From positions 67,580,001 through 67,644,000 of the forward strand of contig OX597815.1 of assembly GCA_951406725.2 (NCBI GenBank): DNA of 64,000 nucleotides. Reading direction: 5' to 3'. Source of the DNA: Octopus vulgaris. Its lineage: Eukaryota. Positions 39,495 through 52,715 of the stretch are shown here, piece by piece. Positions within the stretch are counted from its first letter, which is position 1. Each line of letters starts with the position of its first letter. The notes under the pieces were generated by a model. The model ran no database searches. It was not told where the DNA came from and saw only the letters and a list, made by a program, of their open reading frames with translations. Made by a program: the position numbers and the translations under genes.

Positions 39495-40897
39495 TGAGGC
39501 TGTTTCTTCATGAAATAAGAGGACCGACTTCCTTCTCCTTCTTAAGAACAATTGATGATCGAAGTGATCGTACTTGTAAAGAAGTCTGTTTATCCTTAAA
39601 TTTGTTAGATGACAATCAGTGGGATAGAACAATGGCTGAGTCTTCAGTGTCACGCGCACTTATTTCTTTGAGAGATCTTTTTGCAAATTCTTCTGAAATG
39701 TGAAGTAAGTAATAAAGAATGATTTATCATAAGACTACAAATATCAAGCACAATTAAGATTTCCTGACATATACAATTCTTCATTGTTCGATATTGAAGA
39801 TCACGTTGTCTGACTAGGAGAGGAGGGGCTCAACAAGTTTGGCTTACTTGAAACTCATCGAGATGAGGTAAATAATTTGATCACAGAATTTTTCGAGAAA
39901 CTTCATATGATATTGATTCATTAATTCCTTGAAGAAAATGTCCCGAAAATTCTTCCAGACCAACAACTTACATGTACAACAATCATTGACCAAAAGGTAC
40001 ATAAGAGAGGAGGATAATATTTTTTAGACGCACCAGGAAGAACTGGAAAAACTTTTGTTACAAATTTAGTGCTAGCCAAAGTCCGACAGAAAAAGGAAAA
40101 TCCTTAACTCTAGCGAGCTCTGGAATTGCTGCGACTTTACTCCCAGGAGGTCGAACAGCTCACGCAGTATTCAAGCTGCCATTCAGTTTAACTTCAAATG
40201 ATGAACCTGTCTGCAATATCAGTAAAAGTTCTTTAGCTCAAGTTCTCATGAAATGTTCTTTGATCATATGAGACGAAGCTACAATGTCCCATAAAATGTC
40301 AGTAGAAGCTGTTAACAGAATACTGCAGGATTTGTGCACTTCCATTTGTTTGATGTGAGATATGACAGTAGTACTTCCAGGGGAACAAAGGCGGATGGAT
40401 TGAAAGCATGCTTGAAATCCTCTATTTTATGGAAACATATCAAAATGTTAAAGCTTTCTACAAATATGAGGACATACTTGCGTGGGGATCATCTGTCAAG
40501 CTCGGTTGAGGAACTTATTGAAAAAGTTTTTCCAAGTATTTCAAATTACACAAATGCTGCTTGTTTGTGCGAAAGAGCAATCATGGTACCAAAGAACGTT
40601 ACTGCAAATAATCTAAATGAAAAACTCGAGAAACTTTTACCAGGAAACGAACATACTTACAAATCTATAGACCATGTTGTGAATGAATCGAAAATCACCC
40701 GGTTGAGTTCTTAAACTCACTGCAGCCACCAGGAGCTCTTCGAAAATAAGCGCTCCAATCATGCTTCTGCGCAGCGTTTCTCAACCAAAGCTGTGCAATG
40801 GCACAAGACTTGTCAAGAAATTAATGAGAAATGTCATACAGGCGACAATAAATTCTGGCTGTGGAAAAGGTGAAGATGTTTTTATTCCTCGCTTACC
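39495..40897 (+). pseudogene. Helitron Rep-Hel fragment (Rep/helicase linker + Pif1 helicase motifs), degenerate
   Basis: GPTSFSFLRT, LDAPGRTGKTF (Walker A), [64 protein letters not shown]. Confidence 0.92.
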
Positions 40898-41110
40898 TCA
40901 GCCATTGTTCTATCCCACTGATTGTCATCTAACAAATTTAAGGATAAACAGACGTCTCTACAAGTACGAACAGTTCGATCATCAATCGTTCTTAGGAAGG
41001 AGAAGGAAGTCGGTCCTCTTATTTCATAAAAAAGCAGCCTCAAAAAGAAACATTCATTGTGACTCGGAGGCTCAGGGTAAACTTTTCCGATTGTCGTTAT
41101 ATTACACATA
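40897..41110 (-). pseudogene. Inverted Helitron coding fragment (duplicate of 39495-39640 plus further upstream codons)
   Basis: IGKVYPEPPSHNECFFLRLLFYEIRGPTSFSFLRTIDDR; 9 differences in 146 bp from the plus-strand copy. Confidence 0.88.
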
Positions 41111-41449
41111 TGGTATACCTACAGAAGAGTGCCCCAACGTATTTGTTTCTTTTATCTTTAGAAAAAATGGCTATTTCAAATGAAAAGTTGTACAAATATA
41201 CTGAAGTGGGATAGGAAAATGATAGCTGACCTCATAAATTCTGATGTGGAATACGTATAACAAAAGAAAAATGGTGGAGTGAAATCTAAGTTATGGTTTC
41301 TATTCTGAAGGTATGCAGGGAATAAAACGAAAGTGATTTTCTACAATTTGTATTGTGAAGCTAGGTATTTTGATATAAAATGAAGAAATATAATAATCTT
41401 ATAAAAATTATGTCCCTTAGGCAGGTTATTTGTTTTTAATTTGGTTTAA

Positions 41450-41731
41450 CTTGATTTCCCAGCAATCCTCCTCCAATCATGCAAGCGTGCCCTGGCAAAA
41501 GCACTACAGACACTTTTCTTGCAAATAGCAAGCTGCCATGCAAACTGAAGGAGGGAATAATATGCCCAATCCATAAAGGTTGAAGTAGAGTAGATGCCAA
41601 AAATTATAGGCCCCTCTCTCTCTCTGACTTCAGACATCAGCAAATTCATGGAACAAATAGTCAGAAAGAAACTAATCACATTTCTTTACGAAAACGACTT
41701 GCTGAGTGATACCCAGCATTGTTTTCGACCA
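41450..41731 (+). mobile_element. CR1/L2-type LINE reverse transcriptase N-terminal fragment
   Basis: FPAILLQSC, IICPIHKG, KNYRPLSL, TSDISKFMEQIV, LLSDTQHCFR. Confidence 0.8.
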
Positions 41732-41892
41732 TTTCTTATATATGTTTAATACACTCTTATTGAATAACTTTCAATATTCATAGTACAATTTTGGCAGCTT
41801 CTTTCAACTCAGTCAATGATGGGTGTTGTTTCTGCTAGTATATATATAGATATAGATATAGATACATACATACATACCTACATACATACATG

Positions 41893-41924
<32 letters not shown>

Positions 41925-41986
41925 AATTTATAAATATTTTAATGCATCTTTACGCTCGTTTCCACAAATCCTGTTTCATATATATT

Positions 41987-42069
<83 letters not shown>

Positions 42070-42607
42070 GCATACATACATACATACATATTTATACTTT
42101 CATGCTTTTAAATACCAGTTTACTGCTAGAAAAATCACATTTTTATCACTTCTGGAGAAAAATTTCGGCTTCAATATATTGATATTTCATGTTTATGCAT
42201 TGATAATAATTTCTATTTCTTTGATGTGCATTATTGCATCAGTAACTCAGTAACCATACCAGATCTTTCGTTAAAATTTTGTGACAGTTCTCTTTGGGTC
42301 AGGTTTTCAATTAATTGCAGTGACTCTCGAACGTTTAAAATATTCCATTTATAAAATTTTTCTCGATTATTTTGAGGACATAGTGAATGAGAAGTGTCAG
42401 TTGTCATCACAACCCAACGATATTATAGTTATTAGTTTCATCGGTTATTGATAAATCTTCCAAGTGTAATCAAGGCAAAGATAACATGGAAGATGGTCGA
42501 AATATAATCAAGTTGAAGGCAATGAAATAAAAAAAGAGGGTTATTGGGTAATATTTCCAATATAAAATAAAACTCAGACAATAATGTAAGAAATTATGAA
42601 CAAGTTA

Positions 42608-42689
<82 letters not shown>

Positions 42690-42703
42690 CATACATACAT
42701 ACA

Positions 42704-42737
<34 letters not shown>

Positions 42738-42944
42738 CATACATACATACATACATACATACATACACACCAGGATATCTGTAATATTAGAAGTCTTAAT
42801 AACAGATGATGAAATGAAAGATTATTTACTAAAGAAAATACAAAAAAAAAGCTTGTATTTCCAAATATTGTTTGATGAAATCGTCTTCGCTATTGCCGTT
42901 TTCTACTTTTAATGCAGAACCCAGAATTATTAATATAAAGCAAT

Positions 42945-43565
42945 GGATTAGCAGAATCAGTAGAGCGCCAAACAAAATGCGTTGTATTTATTCTGTTTAT
43001 ATATATATGTTCTGAGTTCAAATTTCACTACAGTTAGCTTTGTCTTTCATCTCTTCAGGGTCGATAAAATAAATTACCAGTAGTGGAATTCATGTACTCA
43101 TATAACCCCCAACACTCTGACATAATTAGGAACTATTATTATTAATTAAGGCCAGTGAATTGATAGATTCGTTAGTACATCGGACAAAATGCTTTGCGAT
43201 ATTTGTTCCGGTCCTTTACATCCTGAGTTCAAATCTCGCTGAGGTCAGCTTTATTTTTCATTTCTCCGAGGATTGATAAAATGAAATACCAGTTTGGTAC
43301 TGAGGTTCATGGTATCGACTACTCCCACTCAAAAGTCTTAGCTTAAATTAGAAATATTTATTAAGAGCGGTGGTTGGATAGAATTGTTAGAGCACCGGAC
43401 AAAATGCCTTGCAACATTTGTTCCGGCTCTTTACGTTCTGAATTAAAATCTTGCCAAGGTCAAGTAAGTTTTTCATCTCTCTGGGGTCGATAAAACAAAA
43501 TAACCGTCAAGCGCTGGGGGTTTATGTGAACGTCTGACCGTCTCTCCACAATAAAATTTCAAACT
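42945..43565 (+). mobile_element. Three old family A SINE copies head to tail
   Basis: Three recurrences of gttag..c.ggacaaaatgc...ctgagttcaaat...ggtcgataaaa. Confidence 0.75.
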
Positions 43566-44511
43566 TTTGAAATCATTATGAATGTAAAGTAGATGTAACT
43601 TCCTCTACGGCCTAATAATTTACATTAATTTAATTAATCTGGTGATTAATTTATTAATATAAATGTAATGTATGTGAAGGTATATGAATCTGATCGCAGT
43701 TCATCCTACGTAGCAAAGCTCAAACTCCACATCGCGAACAAATGTAGCACTCTTTGAATATGTAGTACTCCCGATACCTTTAGTAATGAGCTGCATCTAC
43801 TCATAGTAACAATTCATAGATGTATTGTGATCATTGAGAGTTTAATATTTTGACCAAGAGTTCAGAAATGTCAGAACTGGAATCTATCGACCTTGTTGGT
43901 CAGTTGCCCTCCGGCATTCTGTTAACATGGTCGAATCACTCATTAATGTTAGACATCTACGAATATATAAATAAATGAGTAAATAAGTACATAAATAAAT
44001 AAATAAATGAATAGAGATTTTCAGAATATGAAAATAAAGAAGAAATCTCATCTCCTTCAAGCAAAACTATATCATCACGAATATTTTAGAACACTTCTTA
44101 AGAATTTCTCGACAAGTATCGATTTTTCATCTTCCATTTCTTCAACAATAATCGTAACATAAAAGAAAAAAAAACAGAAAGGAAGAAAGAAAAAACAGCA
44201 ACACGAACGCTGCTACCCAAAAATGAGAGAGATACAAAAAAAAAAGAAAAGTAAATATATGTATACATTGAGAATAACACCAACGATGAGGATGACAACA
44301 ACATAGACAACAACAACGATGACGACGACAAAACAACAACAACAAGCTCTTTAACGAGTAAAGATAAGAAAAATAATTCAATAGTTCGCTCTTATCTGTG
44401 TTTTCTCGGTTATCAACACGACACCTGAAATTCGAGAACTTTCGAATATTCTTTCATTGGTTATTATTAGGACGTATAATATTACACGTATAAATTGTGT
44501 ATAAAACATTT

Positions 44512-44551
<40 letters not shown>

Positions 44552-45019
44552 TGTATTTGTGTGTGTGTTTTGTTTTGGATTCGTTTTCTTAGAATATGAT
44601 TTGATTTTCTTTAGTAAATAGCTTTCCTTGATTATATCTTGTCGCTCTTCCATGTTCTTTTCCGCCCAGATCACTTGAAAGACTAAGGAATAAATAATGC
44701 AATCAATATCTGATATCGTTTCGGTTGAGACGGTTCGCATTCCTAGGTGCCTTCCCTCCACCACAAATGTTTTCATCATATTCCAGCAGAATCTTTAAAG
44801 TAGAACCTCCCCCCCCCACACACACAATTGTTGATATGAGATTTGACAGCAATTAAAAGACGGCCCGCAGAAAATTATCCGATGTTATGTAATATAAGCA
44901 AATAATACATAAAGTTTAACTTTTGCTGACGCGAACGGTAAATAAAAGTAAAAATAATATCATCATCAACAACAACAACAACAACAACAACAATAATAAT
45001 CAAGGGCAGTGAGTTGGCA

Positions 45020-46593
45020 ATTACCAACCCATTGCTTGTCTTAACCACCTATGGAAAGGGTTGGCCGGCATCCTCGCAGGGAAAATATATACGTTCCTTG
45101 CGGAAAACAGTCTACTTCCAGTAGAATAAAAGGGATGCCGAAAAGGATCCAAGGGTACCAATGACCACCTTATGATAGACAAGGTTGTAATGAAGAACTG
45201 TAAACTGTAACAATAACATTGTACCTGGTCAGGATTTTAAAAAGGCTTACGACATGCTACCGCATTCGTGGGTTTTGGAAACACTCTGCATATGTGGAAG
45301 CGGAATAGCTGAGAACGTGTGTGCACTGGTTAAGAACAGCATACCTAGTTGGAAAACACGTCTTTTCTGTAATAACCAGCATTTAACCGAGGTAACAGTC
45401 AAAAGATATATCTTCTAGAGAGACACTTGTTCACCCTTATTATTTTTTATAGCCTTGTTCCCACTTTCTGTAGTCCTACGCAAAGTCAACGCGTTCTATG
45501 AGCTGAGAAACAATGGACCTCGTCTCAATCACCTTCTCTTCATTGATGATTTAAAACTGTTCGCAAAAACGGAGCCTGAAATGGAGAGACTGGTCGAGAC
45601 TGCAGACAAGCTCTACATGAAGAAGGGTAAAGGTGAACGTGGGATGATTGCGTAAGGGAGTGCATCAACAGTAAAAGGAGAAACATGGCAGAATATTTGG
45701 TAAACAGCAAACAAGACTTGCTACAGTATGCTGCTAATGCAGAAGGATTTATCAAAAAGGGAGTTGAGAGTGCTCATGAATTTCGATCACGAACATCCAA
45801 CGAGAGAGAAATCCTACTCCACATGGAATTACGTGGTTAGTTCCACTGTGAAACTAATAAAATAAAAGACCAGGAAGCATCATGGAGGTGGCTCAGTAAA
45901 AACGAATACTAAAAGCCTAATCATTGCTGCTCAAGATTAGGCATTGAATACCAACTAAGTGAAAAAGAATATATACCACACAAGTGCAACAAACTTCGGC
46001 AGAATGTGTGGGGAGAGGGTCGAAAGCCTGACTCACATTGTTAGTGCTTGTGAAAATCTTGCGCAGAAAGAGTACAAGCGAGATACAAGGTATCCCAAAA
46101 CCTTCACTGGAAAAGGTAATGGACGAAAAGGAGAAGGCAAAAATCCTCTGGAACTTTGACTTCCAGACAGACAAGGTGTTAGAGCACCGAATGACGGATA
46201 TAGTAACCTTTAGGAGGAACAAACAAGAGTGCCTGATAATCAATGTGGCAGTGCCAGGAGATCAACATATTATCATGAAAGAAAAAGAAAAGATTGATAA
46301 ATATGGAGACCTGTGAATTGAGATCGCTAAGATGTGGCAGCTACTAGAGTCAAACATAAAGGTTTCTCTATTGTCATCGGAGCATTGGATTCAATACCAC
46401 CCAACCTGAAAGAACATCTGGAAAGTTTAGAAATACCCTACAGTCTAGGTATATTGCAAAAGTCGGCATCACTTGGAACTTCACACATATTGTGTAAAAT
46501 ACTGTCTGTCCTCAGACAGACAGTACAAACCCCCAGTAGAAACAATATATTCAATCAACAATATCACGATATTGGATACTGTGCAACGTCTTA

Positions 46594-46594
<1 letters not shown>
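45020..46594 (+). mobile_element. R4/Dong-like LINE (RT + RLE), old and internally deleted
   Basis: YQPIACL, KGCRKGSKGTNDHLMIDK, DFKKAYDMLPHSW, SPLLF, NHLLFIDDLKLFAK, IIAAQD, KILWNFDFQTDK, CLIINVAVPGD, KIDKYGDL; followed by (AAT)n. Confidence 0.88.
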
Positions 46595-46684
<90 letters not shown>

Positions 46685-46689
46685 GTTTC

Positions 46690-46816
46690 AAATTGTAGCT
46701 CAAGGCCGGCAATTTTGGGAAACGTGGTAAGTCGATTACATCGACACCAATGCTTGATTGGTACTTATTTCATCAACCCCGAAAGAAAGAAAAGCAATAA
46801 AGTACTATTATTGTTA

Positions 46817-46851
<35 letters not shown>

Positions 46852-47093
46852 GATAAATAGTGCCACCAATAACTGCAAAAACAACAACAATAATAATCCT
46901 TTCAACTATAGGCACGAAACCTGGATTTCCTGGAGAGGAGGACAGTCAATCACATAATACTTATTTTATTGACCTCGAAAGGATGAAAGGCAAAGTCGAC
47001 CTCGGCGGAATATGAACTCCGAACGTAAAGACAGACGAAATACCGCTAAGCATTTTGCCCGGGGTGCTAACGATTCTACCTGCTCACCGCCTC

Positions 47094-47181
<88 letters not shown>

Positions 47182-47343
47182 TGGCATCGATCCCCGTGTT
47201 TCACTGGTACTTAATTTATCGACCCCGAAAGGCTGAAAAGTAAAGTCGACCTCGGCGGAATATGAACTCTGAACGTAAAGACAGACGAAATACCGCTAAG
47301 CATTCTGTCCGGCGTGCTAACGATTCTACCTGCTCACTGCCTC

Positions 47344-47408
<65 letters not shown>

Positions 47409-47606
47409 TAATAATAATGATTTCAATTTTTTGCCACAAGGGAAGCTGGGGAGGGGATTAAGTCAATTACATCGATCCCCGTGTTTCACTGGTACTTAAT
47501 TTATCGACCCCGAAAGGCTGAAAAATAAAGTTGACCTCAGCGGAATTTGAACTCAGATCGTTGCGACGGGCGAAATACCTCTAAACATTCTGTCCAGCTC
47601 ACTGCC

Positions 47607-47608
<2 letters not shown>
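46690..47608 (-). mobile_element. Cluster of four family A SINE copies separated by (AAT)n/(TTA)n arrays
   Basis: Copies at about 46690-46795, 46900-47092, 47185-47343 and 47430-47608. Confidence 0.88.
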
Positions 47609-47645
<37 letters not shown>

Positions 47646-47658
47646 GTAATAATAATAA

Positions 47659-47726
<68 letters not shown>

Positions 47727-47747
47727 ATAATAATAATAATAATAATA

Positions 47748-49330
47748 CATAATAATTATAAAGATAAAACCAATGAAATAAAAGAATTAGACCAAAGCCA
47801 AACTTACAAATACTTAGGAATCCATGAACTAGATAAGACACAACACACACAAATGAAAGAGAAAATAAAGAAAGAATATTATAGACGAGTAAGATCAATA
47901 CTAAAAACACAGCTCAATGCTAAAAACAAGATAATAGGTATTAACACTTTAGCTGTCCCAGATATAAGTTACAGCTACAATATCCTTAACTGGACACTAA
48001 ATGAACTGACCAAAATAGATAGGAAAACAAGAAAAATAATGACAGGATCTAGGATGCAACACCCAAAATCTGATATAGAAAGACTATATATACAACGTAT
48101 AGAAGGTGGTAGAGGCCTTATACAGCTGGAAAACTACTATAAAATAACCACCATAGGACTGCAAAAATATCTACTTCAGAGGGAAGGAAAACTGATACAA
48201 ATAGCGGCAAAACACGAGCAAAACAAAAAACTGTTCTTAGTATTTAAGGAAGTTGACAAATACAAACAAGAAATCATACCACCTAATAAATATGAAGAAG
48301 AAGAAGAAGAAGAAGAAGAAGAAGAAGAAGAAGAAGAAGAAGAAGAAGAAGAAGAAGAAGAAGAAGAAGAAGAAGAAGAAGAAGAAGAAGAAGAAGAACA
48401 ACAAAAGCTATAAAACAAATGAAATCCAAACTAAAAATAGAACAGCAACGAACCATGATAAAACGATGGCAAGAAAAGCCCCTTCATGGTAAATACTGGA
48501 CTAAACTAAACGCAAAAGAAATAGACAAAGAAAAATCCCAGCAATGGTTGAGAAGCTCAGGACTCAAAGCAGAGACAGAGGGATTTTTAATTGCAGCACA
48601 AGACCAAAGCCTCTCCACCAGAAATTACCAAAAACATGTAATGAAAAGAAATATAACAAGTAACTGCAGAATATGTGGAGATGGACAAGAAACAATAAAT
48701 CATATTATCTCTGGCTGCCCAGTCCTAGCTAAGAAGGAATATATTCACAGACATGACAGAGTTGGAACCTACATACATTGGAAGCTATGCCAACATTATG
48801 GAATAACAACTGAAAAAAGATGGTATAGGTACACACCAGGAAAGGTCACAGAAAACGAGAAAGCAACCATAGGCTGGGATATGCCGATACACACAGATAG
48901 AGAAATTAAGGCCAACAGACCAGATATAGTTGTCAGAGATCATGAAGAAAAAAATGCTTTCTAATTGATGTATCAATACCGGCAGATGACAACGCGTCTC
49001 TAAAAGAAATGGAGAAACTCTCAAAATACAAAGACCTAGAAATAGAGGTAACCAGAATGTGGAATCTAAAAACAGAAACAATTCCTATCATAGTAGGTGC
49101 ATTAGGCATGATAAAAAAATATTCAGACAAATACATAACAAAAACACCAGGACTTACAAACACATATAACATACAGAAAATCGCACTACTAGGCACTGCA
49201 CACATCCTACGCAGAACACTTTCCATACGATAACCATCAGAGCATCACAACAAATCACAGCACATACCTAAGGCACACAGAGCTGCGCTCGGTAGTGAAG
49301 TGAAAGCACGCTATAAAAATAAAACTACTG
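47748..49330 (+). mobile_element. Young 5'-truncated R4/Dong-like LINE (RT C-terminus, CCHC knuckle, RLE, 3' UTR)
   Basis: YKYLG, RLYIQRIEGGRGL, LHGKY, ETEGFLIAAQDQ, CRIC...[23 protein letters not shown]; only two single-base frameshifts; (AAT)n on both sides. Confidence 0.92.
48293..48398 (+). repeat. (GAA)n expansion inside the LINE ORF (poly-Glu)
   Basis: Direct reading. Confidence 0.95.
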
Positions 49331-49667
<337 letters not shown>

Positions 49668-50089
49668 GGCCACAGGAGCCGAAAAAGCATTTGGGTAATA
49701 CAAAGACAGAGACTTACATATTCACGTATAAGCAATTATAGTAACAATTGACAAAATAAAGCGATAACATAATTACCCGATAATGGGGTTAAGCAAGGAA
49801 TCACACTTATTCTGAATCACCCCAAACACCAAGAGTACCACATAAATGTATTCCACTCCCATCCATTCTGCGCATTTTAAAAGTGCATGATCAGAGTATG
49901 TCGCTCATTCGACTATCCACGCTACATTCAGCCACTTATCAACAAATTCACTGGAGGATGGGTAGTCTAAAATTCCCTATTTCCCCTCACCTTCCTTTTT
50001 AAAAGGAACTTTAAAACATCGATGAGGGCTAAGTCAAAGAGGAAAAATGTCCATAATGCCTTCTGGTTTAAACCCAAAGTAGATGATTT

Positions 50090-50240
50090 TAAGGGGAGAG
50101 ACTCAGTTGACACCATCGACCCTAGCACTTGATTGATACTTTATTTGATCGGTTTCCTTGCAAGAATGAAATGCGAAGTTTAACTTCGGCTGAATTTCAA
50201 CTTAGAACGTAAAGAGATAAAATGTATTTTTCCAGCATTC
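50090..50240 (-). mobile_element. Family A SINE, diverged
   Basis: catcgaccctagcacttgattgatac...gaatttcaacttagaacgtaaag. Confidence 0.6.
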
Positions 50241-50380
50241 TCAAGTGCCCACCAAATAGAAAGATAACGAAAGGAACTTTTGATTACAAAACAAAATGAA
50301 AATAAACGAAATGAACTTTAAAGTAATGGTATGAAAAACAAGTAGGTGTATTAGTTTGACGCTCGGGAAAATGAAAAAGT

Positions 50381-50416
50381 CTTTTACGTTTCGATCCTAC
50401 GCTCTTCAACAGAAAG
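50381..50416 (-). ncRNA. Degenerate minimal hammerhead motif within a short PLE-like repeat (about 50320-50487)
   Basis: CTTT CTGTTGA A GAGC gtag GATC GAAA CG TA AAAG; one core change (A6>U) and one stem II mismatch. Confidence 0.45.
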
Positions 50417-51099
50417 GAATAAGAGAGAATAAACAGAGAGAATGACAAAAGAAAAAATTTGTAGATTTACCGGTCAAGCATGGCGAATATATAGTTAAAA
50501 GAAGAACGCAAATTTAATGCACAAATTTGTAATCAAATTATTGAGTATTAATTAAAACGGCTGTAAGAAGCGAAGATGACCAATTTATTAATTATAAATA
50601 ATTGTTAATTTCCTTATCTCCATTTTCATTTCTTCTTTTAACTGGATATAAACTATATGCTCAGTATATAACTATTGTTTTAAGGGAATTTTATTCCCCA
50701 ACAATACTAGGTATTGAACCATTATTTCCTTGGATGCAACCATCCCTTCACGAGGTTAACATATCCTCAAATTATATATATATATATATACGTGTGTGTG
50801 TGTGTGTGTGTGTATGACATATCACAAATGGAATGAGGGGAATAAGAAACAGAGAGATGGACAACAGGTAGATTAAAATTCGGTGAGTGATAAAGATGTA
50901 AAAGCATGCATACACAGACATAAAAATACCAATAAACGTTGTGCACAAAGTTGTGTACATCGATAAAAGGAAAGGAAATGAAGTTGAGTGACGTTTCGGT
51001 TGAACTCTTTACTAAAATAGAGTAAAAGGCATGATAAAAGAAATAAGAATATGAACGATACCTTTTTGATGCACGTAAGTATACTTCCGCTACATATTG

Positions 51100-51130
<31 letters not shown>

Positions 51131-51160
51131 ACATATTTATATACATATATATGTATGTAC

Positions 51161-51209
<49 letters not shown>

Positions 51210-52227
51210 CATACATACATATATATATGTGTGTGTATGTGTGTATGGGGGTGTGGGGGTGTTTGTGTGTGCGTGTGTGTGTGAGTATACATAGAACTGA
51301 AATAATAAGAGAGAAAACAGGAAGCCCTATATCTCCTTGGTGAAATTTAAAAAGAGGGATCTAACTTAAGGAATTATTCAAATAACAAAACATGTAAATC
51401 AATAAAATAAATTCTCTCTGAAAGCAAATGAAAGCTTAAATATATCTCATATTACGATAAATATGTATGATTAGAGGCTTCGAAAGACATGAACGTTTCT
51501 TTCAAAAGAATAAGGTATCTGAATCAAAAGAAAATATTCTACAGGAACATGAAAAGAAACATAATTTTGGTAAACACACCAACTTGAATGGAAATTCAAG
51601 AATACTGAGGAGTGATGGAACACAAAGATTGAGCGCATCGAAAAAACACAATGGATCAGAAAAGAAACGAGAAAATATAACAACGCCACCCACTATAGCT
51701 GCTAAAGAATTCATCAACGCATAAAAAAAAAGCAAACTGCTAAAACTTGTAAAGGAAACGTGGGATTGGCTGGTAAATCTAACCAGCAAGCATAAATATA
51801 TGGTAGCACCCTTCAATGAAGAAGTAAGCATAACAGAATCAACACCTGGATGGTTCTTGTGGAAGAAATTGAGAATATTATCCTTTCAGACATTTCTCTA
51901 TCTAAGTGTATGTGGTTCTGTCTATTCACTCCCACTTAACCGCCACGCACTGATACTTTAACTTTTTCCTGACCGTTTACTCCAAGAGGTCGACTGTCAA
52001 CAGCTTATACATTCATCTCTTGGCGTGCTTTTTAGTCTGTCACATGTGTATCAGCATATTGTTTATTCTTGTGGCTCTTGCACATAATTGTCTTGTAGCG
52101 CTCTTCTAGTGTTGGCCCAAGTCATCGGCGTTTCCCTTAGATACATATCGGTGGTGTGAGGAAAGAGAGATTTAGATATGTGGGCATTTACTTGACTTGA
52201 TTAAAAGTGTTTGCCCAAACTTACGCA

Positions 52228-52715
52228 TAGGCGCAGGAGTGGCTGTATGTTTATATGTCTGTATTTGTCCCCCACACCATCGCTTGACAACCGATATTGA
52301 TATGTTAAGGCGGCGAGCTGGCGGAAACGTTAGCATGCCGGGCGAAATGCTTAGCAGTATTTCGTCTGTCGCTACGTTCTGAGTTCAAATTCCGCCGAGG
52401 TCGACTTTGCCTTTCATCCTTTCGGGGTCGATAAATTAAGTACCAGTTGCGCATTGGGTTCGATGTAATCGACTTAATCAGTTTGTCTGTCCTTGTTTTC
52501 CCCTCTGTGTTTAGCCCCTTGTGGGTAGTAAAGAAATAGATATTGGTATGTTTACGTCCCTGTAACTTAGCGGTATGGCAAAAGAAACACATAGAATAAG
52601 TACTAGACTTACAAGCAATAAGTCTTGGGATCGATTTGTTCGACTAAAGGTGGTGCTCCAGCATGACCGCAGTCAAATGACTGAAACAAGTAAAAGAATA
52701 AAAGAATAAAAGAAT
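52228..52715 (+). mobile_element. Family B SINE (head largely deleted) with a complete family A SINE nested at 52308-52540
   Basis: The B sequence ...cttgacaaccgat is interrupted and resumes at ggtatgtttacgtcccc. Confidence 0.88.

Noticed and set aside
39495-40897. Host PIF1 gene
   Set aside because: Intronless, many stops and frameshifts, and preceded by Helitron-type linker motifs (GPTSF..LRT).
46690-47608. CRISPR-like repeat/spacer pattern
   Set aside because: The repeats are 100-190-bp SINEs and the spacers are (AAT)n; eukaryotic context and no cas genes.
51467-51860. Lys/Glu-rich ORF
   Set aside because: No recognisable motif or splice structure; may be an unclassified TE relic.
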